Assembly: GCA_963789055.1 (NCBI GenBank)
Contig: CAWBJE010000001.1
Span: forward strand, 10,495 to 74,494
Reading direction: 5' to 3'
Length of the DNA: 64,000 nucleotides
From: an uncultured Verrucomicrobiae bacterium
GTDB lineage: Bacteria > Verrucomicrobiota > Verrucomicrobiia > Limisphaerales > UBA11358
Part shown: positions 18,726 through 28,853 of the stretch, in pieces
Layout of the letters: each line of letters starts with the position of its first letter
Position numbering within the stretch: the stretch's first letter is position 1
Position numbers and translations under genes: made by a program
Notes under the pieces: model-generated
Told to the model about the DNA's origin: nothing
Database searches by the model: none
The model's input: the letters and a program-made list of their open reading frames with translations, nothing else

Positions 18726-19899
18726 GGGGCTGATTCTTTTCCGCCGACCGCAATATCTGTTCGGCGACCTTTCCGGCCATGGCCTTTGTGCCAAGAATTT
18801 TGCAACCCGGTTCGGCCAGATCCGCGGTTCGCCAGCCTTGTCGCCAGACTTCAGCGAGGGATTTCTCGATGAGCGTCGCGGCTTCGAACAGCCCAAAGCT
18901 TTCGCGCAGCAGCAGGGCTAGGGAAAGGATCTGGCCGGCGGGGTTGGCCTTGTCGGTTTGGGCCAGGTCATGCGCGCAACCGTGATTGGTCTGGTAAACC
19001 CCGTGGCCGTGGACATTGAAATTTCCGGAAAAGGTTACTCCCCGCGAGGAAACCAGGACCCCGGCAATATCCGCCAGAACGTCGCCGAAAAGGTTGGGAG
19101 CGGCAATCACATTGAAGCAGGCTGGATTCTGGATCAATTCATACGCAGCCAGGTCAACATTCATGAATACCACCTCGATGCCGTGGCGGCGCGCAACGGC
19201 GCCACCAACATCGCGCCACAGCGCGCTCACGGTGGGAACGCCCCCGTCCTTGACGATGACATGCAGCCGGCCGCGGCGGTCCGCCGCCGCGCGCGCGGCG
19301 ACTTCAATAAGCCGGTGAACGTCCGCCTCGCTGTAACTGAAGGAGTGCTCGGCAAGGCGGCCCTTCTGTGTGGCGCGATCGCCCCATTCCCCTTGATAAA
19401 TACCGCCGGTATTGTCCCTCACAATGAGCAGGTCCAACCCCACGACGTGTTGGGGCGGCATTTTCCCGGCCCGGGCCAGTTCGGGTGTCGGCCGGACCGG
19501 AACGAATTTGCAAAACAAATCGAACCGCCGTCGCAGATCATAAACGTAGCGCCCGCCGCCCGGCCCGCTGAGAATCGCGCCGCCAGCCCGGAATATTTCC
19601 GCGCAGAATTCCGCCGTGTCCTCCGGCAGCCACTGGCCGCAATTGGCCGCTGCCTCCTCACCGATCATCCCGCCGCGCTGTACCTCAAACTTGAGCGTCA
19701 ATGCCGATTCCACGGATTTCAACACCATCAACGCCGCGTTGACGACCTGCGGCCCGATGCCGGCCCCTTCGAGCACACCGACGAGCGGAACGGGGTGGGA
19801 ATGGATTGGCGGCAGACCCGGTCCGGCTCCAGTCAAATAGTTCACCAGCCTGACCGGCCCGGGGGTTTCGCATCTATCGCTGCGCGCGTCCGTAGTCAT
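18700..19899 (-). CDS. Isocitrate/isopropylmalate-family beta-decarboxylating dehydrogenase (divergent)
   Basis: EGAGIGPQV, VRDNTGGIY, PNLFGDVLAD, HGCAHDLA...ANPAGQILS, RTADL. Confidence 0.88.
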   Translation of the reverse strand: MTTDARSDRCETPGPVRLVNYLTGAGPGLPPIHSHPVPLVGVLEGAGIGPQVVNAALMVLKSVESALTLKFEVQRGGMIGEEAAANCGQWLPEDTAEFCAEIFRAGGAILSGPGGGRYVYDLRRRFDLFCKFVPVRPTPELARAGKMPPQHVVGLDLLIVRDNTGGIYQGEWGDRATQKGRLAEHSFSYSEADVHRLIEVAARAAADRRGRLHVIVKDGGVPTVSALWRDVGGAVARRHGIEVVFMNVDLAAYELIQNPACFNVIAAPNLFGDVLADIAGVLVSSRGVTFSGNFNVHGHGVYQTNHGCAHDLAQTDKANPAGQILSLALLLRESFGLFEAATLIEKSLAEVWRQGWRTADLAEPGCKILGTKAMAGKVAEQILRSAEKNQPHETCVVAH

Positions 19900-20075
19900 A
19901 AGTTTAATTGGTGTTTTGTTATAACCGAATTAGAACATCAAAATTCAAGAGAAATTTTTGCTGAAAACGGCCCGGAGGGCAAGCGCGACAATTGCCCTGT
20001 CACTGGCTGGAATTCTGATTCATGGACGTCGCCGCCGGCGAGCCATCCGTAAATCACCAGGGCCGATGGCGGCAA

Positions 20076-20091
20076 ATGACAAAACTGTCAT
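20076..20091. promoter_or_regulatory. CusR/CopR-type copper box
   Basis: Palindrome ATGACAAAACTGTCAT resembles the E. coli CusR box; upstream of an operon encoding a CusRS-like pair. Confidence 0.7.
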
Positions 20092-20177
20092 CTGTGGTTC
20101 AGGAGGGATTCATGTCCGGAGGGTTTCATAACGGCGTTTAAATTTTTAAACTGAAATATCAAACCAAAGACCAAATT

Positions 20178-20987
20178 ATGAAACAGTCAATTCTCTGTCC
20201 TCTATCCTCCATCCTCGTTGCCGGGATACTTGCCGGTGTGCTAACAGGTTGCATCGAGGTCAAGTGCTGCCGATGCGAGTGCGAAAAGAAGGAGCATCAC
20301 CACAAGGAATCCAAAGAAGCCAAGGAAGCCCAGCAGGCCAAGCTCATGGCTCAAGCCAAGGTGAGCAAGGCTGACGCCGAGAAGATCGCGCTGGCCAAAG
20401 TCCCGAACGGCACCCTCAAGGAAGGCGAAATCGAAAAGGAACACGGCAAATTGGTCTGGTCGTTTGATTTGACCACGCCCGACACCAAGGACATTACCGA
20501 AGTGAACGTGGATGCCATGACCGGCAACGTCATTGCCGTGGAGAAAGAATCGGCGGAAAGCGAGGCCAGGGAAGCAGCCAAAGAAAAAGTTCAGGACAAA
20601 GAAGTGCCGGTAACGCTGGAACAATTGTCGGAACCGGCGCGGACCTCGGTAGAGAAAGTGACCGCCGGCGGGAAAATCGAGCAGATGACCAGGGAAGTTG
20701 AACGGGGCAAGACAGTCTATAACGTCGAGGCGGAGGTGGACGGCAAACACTTGGAATTTCTGATTGCCGACGCGGACGGAGCGGTACTTGGCACGGAAGT
20801 TCCCATCGCGTACAGTGAATTGCCGGAGGCTGTTAGCGCGTCAGCGGAAAAATTCTTTGGCACCGGCACCGGTCTGAAAGCCATGAAAGGCGTGGAATTC
20901 GGCGAGACAACTTATGAAATCGAAGGCCCCCAAAACGGAAAAACTGTCGAAGCAACGTTTGACCCGGAAGGCAAACCAGCCAAATAG
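20178..20987 (+). CDS. PepSY-domain lipoprotein
   Basis: LTGC lipobox; AEKIALAKVPNG..EGEIEKEHGKLVWSF..EVNVDAMTG plus PepSY-like repeats; Cys/His-rich N-terminus. Confidence 0.8.
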   Translation: MKQSILCPLSSILVAGILAGVLTGCIEVKCCRCECEKKEHHHKESKEAKEAQQAKLMAQAKVSKADAEKIALAKVPNGTLKEGEIEKEHGKLVWSFDLTTPDTKDITEVNVDAMTGNVIAVEKESAESEAREAAKEKVQDKEVPVTLEQLSEPARTSVEKVTAGGKIEQMTREVERGKTVYNVEAEVDGKHLEFLIADADGAVLGTEVPIAYSELPEAVSASAEKFFGTGTGLKAMKGVEFGETTYEIEGPQNGKTVEATFDPEGKPAK

Positions 20988-21153
20988 TGGAAGGAGCAAC
21001 GACGAACGCCTGATAAACGCGCAAATTCTGTGGGCGCTGGAAGTTACGAATGGGCTGCGGCTGAGGCAGCCGCGCGCCAGCATTGGAAGTTGACGCCAGA
21101 GCGCCCGGGAGCAAAAGTTGTCGGAGTAAATTCAACCCCAAAGGAGTCATGTT

Positions 21154-22206
21154 ATGAGAAAAATTCTGTTGCCGGTTTTGTTCAGCCTGACTGTCGCGGT
21201 TTGCCGCGCCGACGGGCCTGCCTCGCCGGAGCATAGCGCAGGCGGGCCTTATCATTTCATCAAGGAAATCCCCGTCGGCGGCGAAGGCGGCTGGGATGCC
21301 CTCACCGTGGATTCGGCGGGGCAACGCCTTTATGTCTCGCACGCAGCCAAGGTTGTCGTGATTGACCTCGCCAAAGACCAGGTCGTCGGTGAAATCACCA
21401 ACACGCCCGGGGTTCATGACATCGCCGTCGCGCCCGACCTCGGTCTGGGTATCACCAGCAACGGCCGCGAGGACAAAGCCGGTATCGTGGATTTGAAGAC
21501 GTTGCAAATTCTTACGAAGGTGGACACCGGCAAAAATCCCGACGCCATTCTCTACGAACCGAGCCAGAAAGAAGCCTGGCTGTTTAACGGCCGCAGCCAG
21601 TCGGCAACGGTGATTGACGTGAAGTGGGCCAAAGTGGTGGCCACGATTCCGCTCGGCGGGAAGCCGGAATTCGCGGAGGCCGATCCCGAAGCGCATCGCG
21701 TATTCAACAACCTTGAAGACAAAAGCGAAGTTGCCGCGATTGACACCCGGACGCACGCGGTCGCGAATACCTGGCCGATTGCGCCGGGCGAAAGCGCGTC
21801 CGGCATGGCGATTGACGTGAATCATCACCGGCTGTTCCTCGGCTGCGACAACCATTTGATGGTGATGATGGACAGCACGAACGGAAAGGTGCTGGCGACC
21901 GTGCCCATTGGTGAAGGCGTGGACGGCGCGGCGTTTGATCCCGGCACGCAACTCGCGTTTGCCTCATGCGGCCAATCGGCGACGGTCACGATTGCGCGCG
22001 AGGACGGCGACAAACTCACCGTTGTGCAAACCCTGAAAACCGAACGCGGCGCGCGGACGATGGCGATTGATCCCGGGACGCACAAAATTTACCTGCCCAC
22101 GGCTCAATTCGAGCCGCAGCCGGAACCGGTCGCCGGCGAACGCCGTCAGCGGCCCAAAATGGTTCCCGGCACGTTCAAAATCCTGGTCTATGGCATGGAG
22201 AAATAA
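21154..22206 (+). CDS. YncE-family beta-propeller periplasmic protein
   Basis: GGEGGWDALTVD, RLYVSH, GARTMAID; signal peptide; AAGGAG SD. Confidence 0.85.
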   Translation: MRKILLPVLFSLTVAVCRADGPASPEHSAGGPYHFIKEIPVGGEGGWDALTVDSAGQRLYVSHAAKVVVIDLAKDQVVGEITNTPGVHDIAVAPDLGLGITSNGREDKAGIVDLKTLQILTKVDTGKNPDAILYEPSQKEAWLFNGRSQSATVIDVKWAKVVATIPLGGKPEFAEADPEAHRVFNNLEDKSEVAAIDTRTHAVANTWPIAPGESASGMAIDVNHHRLFLGCDNHLMVMMDSTNGKVLATVPIGEGVDGAAFDPGTQLAFASCGQSATVTIAREDGDKLTVVQTLKTERGARTMAIDPGTHKIYLPTAQFEPQPEPVAGERRQRPKMVPGTFKILVYGMEK

Positions 22207-22271
22207 CCGGATCAATCGTTCACCTGGCCGCAGTTCTTAACGGCCAGGTGACATTTCCCCAGAGTCGGCGC

Positions 22272-22947
22272 ATGCGCGTGCTGGTCGTTGAAGACGAAAA
22301 GAAGACGGCGTCGTTTGTCCGCAAGGCGCTACAGGCCGAAGGCTTTGCCGTGGACGTCTGCCACAACGGCGACGACGCCCTGGCGGCGGCGCGGGCCACG
22401 CCCTTCGACGGCATCGTGCTCGACATCATGCTGCCGGGCCGCGACGGCCTGAGCGTGCTGCGCCAGTTGCGCGAGCGCAAAAACACCACGCCCGTCCTGC
22501 TCCTTTCCGCGCGCGGCGAGGTCAACGAACGCGTCGAAGGCCTGAATGCGGGCGCGGACGATTACCTGCCCAAACCGTTTGAACTGGCCGAACTGGTCGC
22601 GCGGGTGCGGGCCTTGACCCGGCGGGGCGGCGAAACCAAATCCACCGTGCTGCGCGTGGCGGACCTGACGCTGGACACGGTCACGCACCGGGCGCAACGC
22701 GGCGGAGCGGACATCGAGTTGACGGCGCGCGAATATCGCCTGCTGGAATTTCTCATGCGCTCCGCCGGGCCGCCTGTGCGGGCGCATGATGATTCTCGAA
22801 AAGGTCTGGGACTACGATTTCGATCCGGGCACCAACCTGGTGGACGTTTACATCCGCCGGTTGCGCGAAAAAATTGACGCCAACTTCGAACCCAAGCTGC
22901 TCCACACCGTGCGCGGCACGGGTTACGTGTTGAAGGAGCAGCCATGA
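22272..22947 (+). CDS. Heavy-metal (CusR-like) OmpR-family response regulator; frameshift near 22770
   Basis: MRVLVVEDEKKTA, LDIMLPG, GADDYLPKPF; wHTH tail TNLVDVYIRRLREKID...HTVRG in the shifted frame; ATGA overlap with the kinase gene. Confidence 0.85.
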
Positions 22948-24009
22948 CCATCCGCACACGGCTCACGCTCTGGTATGCCGGCATGCTGATCGTGTCGTTG
23001 CTGGTCATTGGCTTTGGAACCTACCAGGAAATTCTGGAACGCTATCGTCACGAACATCGCCGGGAACCGTCGGAACACGCCCTGGCCGAAACCGGCGAAA
23101 TGGTCTTTCAAGTCGGTCTGCCGGCGGTTTTGCTGGGTTTGCTCGGCGGCTGGTGGCTGACCCGCCGGGCGCTCGCGCCGGTGACCAAACTGACGGATGC
23201 CGTCGAAAAAATCCACGAACGCAACCTGCGCGACCCGCTGCCTCGCACCCGGCAACGGCGACGAACTGGACCGGCTCACCGAAGTTTTCAACGGCATGCT
23301 GGCGCGGCTCGACGACTCGTTCAACCGCATCCGCGAATTCACGCTGCACGCCTCGCACGAACTCAAAACGCCGCTGACCATCTTGTGCGGCGAGACGGAG
23401 ACCGCCCTGCGCGACGAATCGCTTTCCGCCGCCGAACGCGAGCGCGCCGCCAGCCTGCTCGATGAATTGCGCCGCCTGGCGCGCATCGTGGACGGCCTCA
23501 CGCTGCTGGCCAAGGCCGACGCCGGCCAGGTGGCCTTGAAGCTGGAGCCAGTGCGGTTGGATGAACTGGTGCGTGATAATTTTGCCGACGCGCAAATTCT
23601 CGCCGAACCACACGGCATTCAAGTGGCACTGGCCGGTTGCGAGGAAATTACAGTGCGCGGTGACCGCCACCGGTTGCGTCAATTGTTGCTGAACCTGGCC
23701 GACAACGCCGTGAAATACAACCAGCCGCAAGGCGGGGTGACGATGAGTCTGCATCGGGCCAACGACGGGGCGGAATTCACCATCGCCAATACCGGCGCCG
23801 GCATTCCGCCGGAAATTTTGCCGCGTGTGTTCGACCGGTTCTTTCGTGGCGATCCGGCGCACAGCCCGGCGGTGGACGGCTGCGGCCTGGGATTGAGCAT
23901 CGTGCAATGGATTGTTTCCGCGCATAACGGAACCATAAAGATAGAATCCGTGCCCGCGAAAATCACCACGGTCACCGTCCGGTTTCCATTGTTGGAAGCG
24001 CGGCTATAA
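22944..24009 (+). CDS. Sensor histidine kinase (HAMP-HisKA-HATPase); frameshift near 23245
   Basis: Two TM segments, GDELDRL, HASHELKTPL, NLADNAVKY, GLGLSIV. Confidence 0.88.
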
Positions 24010-24025
24010 ATGAAAAAGCGAATCC

Positions 24026-24790
24026 ATGAACAAAGCAGATCAGCAAGAGATTTTCAGTAAAGTGCCGGCGGTCACTTTTGTTTTCTGGGTCATAAAAGTT
24101 CTGGCGACGACGTTGGGCGAGACGGGCGGCGACACGCTGTCCATGTCAATGAACCTTGGCTATCTGTTGAGCACGGGGATTTTTGCCGTGATCTTTGTGG
24201 CCGCCGTGATCGTTCAGGTCCGGGCCAAAAAATTTCACCCGGTGATTTACTGGGTAACGATTGTTGCCACCACGACCGTAGGGACCACTTTGGCCGATTT
24301 TGCAGACCGGTCGCTGGGGATAGGCTATGCCGGAGGAACAACCATCCTGTTGGTGATGCTGATGGCCTCCCTCTGGATTTGGAAGCGCAACCTGGGTTCA
24401 GTCGCGGTGGACACGGTCAATTCCCCGAAGTCGGAAATGTATTATTGGGTGACCATCATGTGTTCACAAACTCTGGGCACGGCGCTCGGCGACTGGACGG
24501 CCGACACGGCGGGCATCGGCTACGGCGGGGGGATTTTCGTGTTCGGCGGCCTGCTGGCCGTCATTGCCGCAATCTATTATTTCACAAAAATATCCCATAC
24601 CCTGCTGTTTTGGCCGGCCTTCATCCTGACGCGTCCGCTGGGAGCGGTCGTTGGCGACTTTCTGGACAAGCCAAGGGACGCCGGCGGCCTGGCCATGAGC
24701 CGCTATTCCGCTTCAGCGGCGTTGGTGGTGCTGATGGTAATTTGTATTTTCGCGTTTCCGCACCAACCGGCGAAGCGGGCAAATTCTTGA
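24026..24790 (+). CDS. COG4705/DUF347 membrane protein
   Basis: SKVPAVTFVFWVIKVLATTLGETGGD, SQTLGTALGD, FILTRPLGA. Confidence 0.88.
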   Translation: MNKADQQEIFSKVPAVTFVFWVIKVLATTLGETGGDTLSMSMNLGYLLSTGIFAVIFVAAVIVQVRAKKFHPVIYWVTIVATTTVGTTLADFADRSLGIGYAGGTTILLVMLMASLWIWKRNLGSVAVDTVNSPKSEMYYWVTIMCSQTLGTALGDWTADTAGIGYGGGIFVFGGLLAVIAAIYYFTKISHTLLFWPAFILTRPLGAVVGDFLDKPRDAGGLAMSRYSASAALVVLMVICIFAFPHQPAKRANS

Positions 24791-24827
24791 AAGTGCGGAA
24801 CGGCGCGACCATCACCGGTGTCCAGTC

Positions 24828-24896
24828 GTAGCGGCGACTCGGTAGAGCGTCGCCATTTTGAATTCAGTCAGCGGCGGTCTGCCGACTCGCCGCTAC
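24828..24896. repeat. GTAG-type palindromic repeat
   Basis: GTAGCGGCGA...TCGCCGCTAC; related to 1631-1704. Confidence 0.75.
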
Positions 24897-25073
24897 GCTC
24901 CTTCAGTAAACCAAAACCAGTACCGCGGCATCCTGTGCCGACTTGACCACATCCTCAAACTTCCGGTCAGCCGTGATGGGTTCTTTCAGCTTGGCGGAAA
25001 CTGCCGGGACGGATTCGAGAAAGCTCAACAGAAAACTACTCTTCACCGCGTAATTCACATTCTCTGGCACCTG

Positions 25074-26417
25074 TCATTGTGGCACGATGATGCGATAAAA
25101 GCGTTGCTGGCTGCCTGCCGCGTTCGGATCAATCAAAGTCAACGGCACGCCAATTCCACCCAAAGTCACCCAAGGAAACCACTGCGTTAGATTGGTTGAG
25201 CATTGCACTGTGTAATTCACGCCGGTTACAGTATCGAAGCTGAATTGAAACTGGCCGCTCGGGAGCATCGTCGGAGCAGTGATGGAAGGCGACATTGTTT
25301 GATTGACCGAATAGTAAAGTTCTGCGCTGGAAAGAATATTGCCATTGTTGTCCTCACCACCCGCGACCAGAACCAGTCCATTGGGCAGCAAAGTAGCTGA
25401 GTGATAATCGCGTGGAGTAGTCATCGCACCAGTATAAGTCCATGTTCCATTGGACGGATCAAATATCTCTGCACTGGAAAGATTGGTAAGGTAATCGCCT
25501 CCAGTAACTAGCACCTGCCCTTTAGGTAATAAGGTTGCCGTGTGATATTCGCGCGCGGTATACATGGGGCCATTATTCGTCCATGTTTTAGAAGCCGGAT
25601 CGTATAATTCTGAGTCTATTGGAAATGGGTAACTGATTCCCTGGCCTCCCGCGATCAAAACCTGTCCATTAGTCAGCAAAGTCGCCGTGTGATTATAACG
25701 AGCGATGTCAATCAAGTTGGTGATCACCATCCAAGTCTCGTTTGTCGGGTCATATAGCTCCGCACTGGAAATAGGTATCGACAAGTAGTTTGAGGTAATG
25801 ACACCTCCTACAATTAGCACCTGTCCATTCAGTAATAAAGTCGCCGTGTGGCCACCACGTGCGGTATTCAGCGTGCCAGTTACCGTCCATGCTCCTGTGA
25901 CTGGGTCGTAAAGCTCCGCGCTTGATAGTGCGACACTTCCGCCGGATGGGGTGCTCGTGTAGTAGCCTCCGGCGACCAATATCTTTCCATTGGTCAGTAA
26001 AGTAGCTGTGTGACCTTCTCGTGCTACATGCATCGAATTGGTCGTCTTCCACGTTCCGTTGGACGGATCGTATAGCTCTACACTGGAAAGAAAACCGTTG
26101 ATATCGTTATAACCTCCATTGACCAAAACCTTTCCATTGGGCAGTAAAGTCGCTGTATGGAATACGCGTTTTACATGCATCGCATTGGCCAACATCCACG
26201 TGCCGTTGATCGGGTCGTAAAGCTCCGTGCTAGAAAGTTTACCGCCGCCATTGAGGCCTCCCACGACCAGGACTTGGCCATTGGTCAACAGGGTTGCCGT
26301 GTGCCAAACACGTGCAATGTTCAATGAGCCAGTGTTGGTGAAATAAGCAGCTTTAACTGTTTGAACGGCTGCTGCAAACAAAAGCAGAAACAAACACGGC
26401 AATGAATTCGCCTTCAT
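25074..26417 (-). CDS. Secreted 7-blade Kelch-repeat protein with C-terminal 'FYR' module
   Basis: Seven R-x-x-H-[TS]-A-T-L-L repeats with GG and ELYDP motifs; signal peptide; tail YTVQCSTNLTQW...RFYR. Confidence 0.9.
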   Translation of the reverse strand: MKANSLPCLFLLLFAAAVQTVKAAYFTNTGSLNIARVWHTATLLTNGQVLVVGGLNGGGKLSSTELYDPINGTWMLANAMHVKRVFHTATLLPNGKVLVNGGYNDINGFLSSVELYDPSNGTWKTTNSMHVAREGHTATLLTNGKILVAGGYYTSTPSGGSVALSSAELYDPVTGAWTVTGTLNTARGGHTATLLLNGQVLIVGGVITSNYLSIPISSAELYDPTNETWMVITNLIDIARYNHTATLLTNGQVLIAGGQGISYPFPIDSELYDPASKTWTNNGPMYTAREYHTATLLPKGQVLVTGGDYLTNLSSAEIFDPSNGTWTYTGAMTTPRDYHSATLLPNGLVLVAGGEDNNGNILSSAELYYSVNQTMSPSITAPTMLPSGQFQFSFDTVTGVNYTVQCSTNLTQWFPWVTLGGIGVPLTLIDPNAAGSQQRFYRIIVPQ

Positions 26418-27754
26418 GTCGGTAGATTACTTGGTTGTAATTTGGAAAATGGCAGCGTCCAAAACTTTCCATAAACCTCCTGAACTTTTTCTAGGTGCTC
26501 CAGTGCGGCTGAAGCTTCGATTTCTTTCAAATAGGTGAGAAACTTGTCTTTTGTCTGCAACGAAAAAATCCGCGCCTTGTAAATTATGTGCTTTTTGACA
26601 GGCTCGCTGGTGAGGAGATTCGCACACTCATTTTCCAAAAACATTGCGTCGCAAAATGGAAGGTGAGTGGAGATCGCAGTTATGTCGTTGGCAATGCTTG
26701 CTTCCCATTTCTTCTGGCCACTGTGAAAACGGTGAGCCAAACCTGCCCACATAGCTGCCCCGATACTCACAATGGGAATTTGCCTAAAAATATTGGAGGC
26801 AAAAAATTCACGAGCTTTCGCAAGTCTTTCCGCGTTTTGAACCTCTGGCATCTTCAGGCGGTGAAAAATTTCCAACACCAACCGAACAGCGTAATTCAAA
26901 TTTGGAAATGAATCTGCCGGGAGTTCGCCCCTGTAAACAGCGGCAGCGGTTTGGTCGTATTCAGACCAACAGTGGATTAAAGCTTCACCGTTCGCCGCGA
27001 TTTCCCCTGCATACCAATCAGCGAATTTTTTATCAGGGTCTTGCTGCCAGCGAGCTATCACGGGCTTAAGGCCGTCACGAAGACGCTCCCGACTTGATCT
27101 TAATTCATTTGCCATTTCTTCTTCGTTGGCCGGCCACTCCGCAGAAACCCGAAACACATCATCCCAGTCTGTGACGGCGCTACCTACTATTACTGCCCTC
27201 GCGGGATTAAGATTGATTTCAAAAGTGTCCTTCCCTTGAAGCCAAGCTTGCAGGCCGTCGAGTATTTGCTGTCTGTATATGTTTTGATGGTGGTTGAATT
27301 TTGATCCACGCGACAGCAGATCATAAACAGCGCGGATTTTCCGATAATCATCACGGTCAACTATTGACTCGTTGAAGTGAATACTTGAACGGGGGCAGAC
27401 AATGAGTTGAAGTTTCCCAAGCCGATCAAGTTGTTTGAACAATTCCAAAAAAAAGTTGCCATGAGGCTGCGACAGCTTGCCAGCACGGCACGAATCTATC
27501 TCTTTCATCATGTTGCTCAACGCGAACTGATCGAGATAAATCACTTTTTTGGAAAGAGGAGGCAGGTCAAAATCCTTCGACTTGCGGCAGATTCCACATT
27601 TGCGAGTGTAGCGATGACCGGAAACCAGCAGCACGCCAAATTGTGATTTACACCCACAGAACGGGCAGTCCTCAAAAGAGGATGAGGCAACGCCATTCAG
27701 ATCAAAACTTACATTCACGACTGCAAGTTTGCGCCGCACGCACCAACAAGTCAA
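26414..27754 (-). CDS. Hypothetical protein: N-terminal Zn-ribbon plus PIN-like fold (start uncertain)
   Basis: CPFC and CGIC; VIYLDQFALS and NDITAISTHLPFCDAMFLE acidic motifs; visibly lower GC. Confidence 0.6.
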   Translation of the reverse strand: MTCWCVRRKLAVVNVSFDLNGVASSSFEDCPFCGCKSQFGVLLVSGHRYTRKCGICRKSKDFDLPPLSKKVIYLDQFALSNMMKEIDSCRAGKLSQPHGNFFLELFKQLDRLGKLQLIVCPRSSIHFNESIVDRDDYRKIRAVYDLLSRGSKFNHHQNIYRQQILDGLQAWLQGKDTFEINLNPARAVIVGSAVTDWDDVFRVSAEWPANEEEMANELRSSRERLRDGLKPVIARWQQDPDKKFADWYAGEIAANGEALIHCWSEYDQTAAAVYRGELPADSFPNLNYAVRLVLEIFHRLKMPEVQNAERLAKAREFFASNIFRQIPIVSIGAAMWAGLAHRFHSGQKKWEASIANDITAISTHLPFCDAMFLENECANLLTSEPVKKHIIYKARIFSLQTKDKFLTYLKEIEASAALEHLEKVQEVYGKFWTLPFSKLQPSNLPT

Positions 27755-27767
27755 ACGCCACTAGCCC

Positions 27768-27790
27768 CGGTCGTCCATCCCAACCTGATT
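27768..27790 (+). repeat. 23-bp direct repeat, copy 1 of 3 (others at 28442-28464 and 28866-28888)
   Basis: CGGTCGTCCATYCCAAMYTGATT. Confidence 0.85.
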
Positions 27791-27829
27791 TCCCCTTGGA
27801 TTCCCGCGCGGTTGTGTTAGCGTAAAGTC

Positions 27830-28054
27830 ATGTCGCAGCGCATCTCCATCAAGCCGGATGTTTGCAACGGGCGGCCGGTCGTTCGCGGCACGCGTATCAC
27901 GGTGCAGACGGTGCTGGAATTTCTCGCCGCCGGCGATTCGGTCGAGGACGTGCTGGAGGAATATCCCCGGCTCACCCGCGCCGACGTGCAGGCGTGCCTG
28001 GATTACGCCTCGCGCGTGATGGGTAATCATTTCTCCGTGGTCCAGACGGCATGA
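27830..28054 (+). CDS. DUF433 antitoxin
   Basis: PDVCNGRPVVRGTRITV...EEYPRLTRADVQACLDYA. Confidence 0.93.
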   Translation: MSQRISIKPDVCNGRPVVRGTRITVQTVLEFLAAGDSVEDVLEEYPRLTRADVQACLDYASRVMGNHFSVVQTA

Positions 28055-28392
28055 AGGGCTTTCTCTTCGATGAAAACCTGCCCGCGCGGCTGCGTTTTTC
28101 GCCGAAGCTTCCCATCGTGCCAATGTCCAAGGCGGGCCGGAATCCAACCGATTCACAGATTTGGGAATTTGCCCGGAAACATGATCTGGTCATCGTCAGC
28201 AAGGACGCGGATTTTTCGGATCGGATAATCACGAACTCGCCGCCGCCGCGGGTGGTGCATCTGCGATTTGGTAATCTCCGCAAAGATGAATTTCACGCCT
28301 TGCTCGCCCGCGTTTGGCCGCAAATTGAAACGCTGCTCAAGTCCCACAAGCTGGTGAACGTCTATTCCGACCGTCTCGAAGGCATCCGCTGA
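28051..28392 (+). CDS. DUF5615 PIN-like (VapC45-type) toxin
   Basis: FLFDENLP, TDSQIWEFA, VSKDADF, LRFGN; ATGA overlap with the antitoxin. Confidence 0.92.
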   Translation: MKGFLFDENLPARLRFSPKLPIVPMSKAGRNPTDSQIWEFARKHDLVIVSKDADFSDRIITNSPPPRVVHLRFGNLRKDEFHALLARVWPQIETLLKSHKLVNVYSDRLEGIR

Positions 28393-28621
28393 AAATCTCC
28401 CGGCAAATTCTTGCCGGCGAAAAATCCAAACGCCACCGGGACGGTCGTCCATCCCAAATTGATTTTGGCAGCGGCAGTTTTCTTCGCCCGGCGCGGCAGT
28501 TTCCCCCGACCTCCGGAGTGCGCACGCCTGCTCGCGATTTATCGGAGTCCCCGGGCGCAGCAACGTGGCAAAGCCGGCCGGCATCGGTTTGGCCAAAGCG
28601 CGTCGCCGTTCGTGCATTGCT

Positions 28622-28853
28622 GTGGCCGGGGCTATTGAGAGCCGGCTCGCGAGGATCAGCCTTCGCCAGGCTACGGCCCGACAGGCGCTCGCCCCACCAA
28701 TTTGAAGATGCCGCTCCTGAACGGAGCTTTGGATTGTTTTGGTTCGGGTTCCTAAAAAGATGCCAGCCCTACGGGCTTTCCCGGTCTGATTCGTGTCAAT
28801 TCGTGAAATTCGCGTCAAAAGAAATCCGTGTCCATCCGTGTTCATCCGTGGTT
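28622..28853. repeat. Cluster of several short repeat families (nested palindrome, AGATGCC..CTACGGGCT pair, ATTCGTG and ATCCGTGTTC tandems)
   Basis: 28622-28698 resembles 33145-33194 with a nested insertion; 28824-28853 resembles 3520-3548. Confidence 0.7.

Noticed and set aside
18700..19899. Housekeeping leuB
   Set aside because: Substrate and cofactor motifs are divergent and the gene sits in an NRPS-like operon with no leu genes.
25300..26350. DNA-level repeats as a DGR or tandem array
   Set aside because: Explained by the Kelch protein repeats; no reverse transcriptase in the window.
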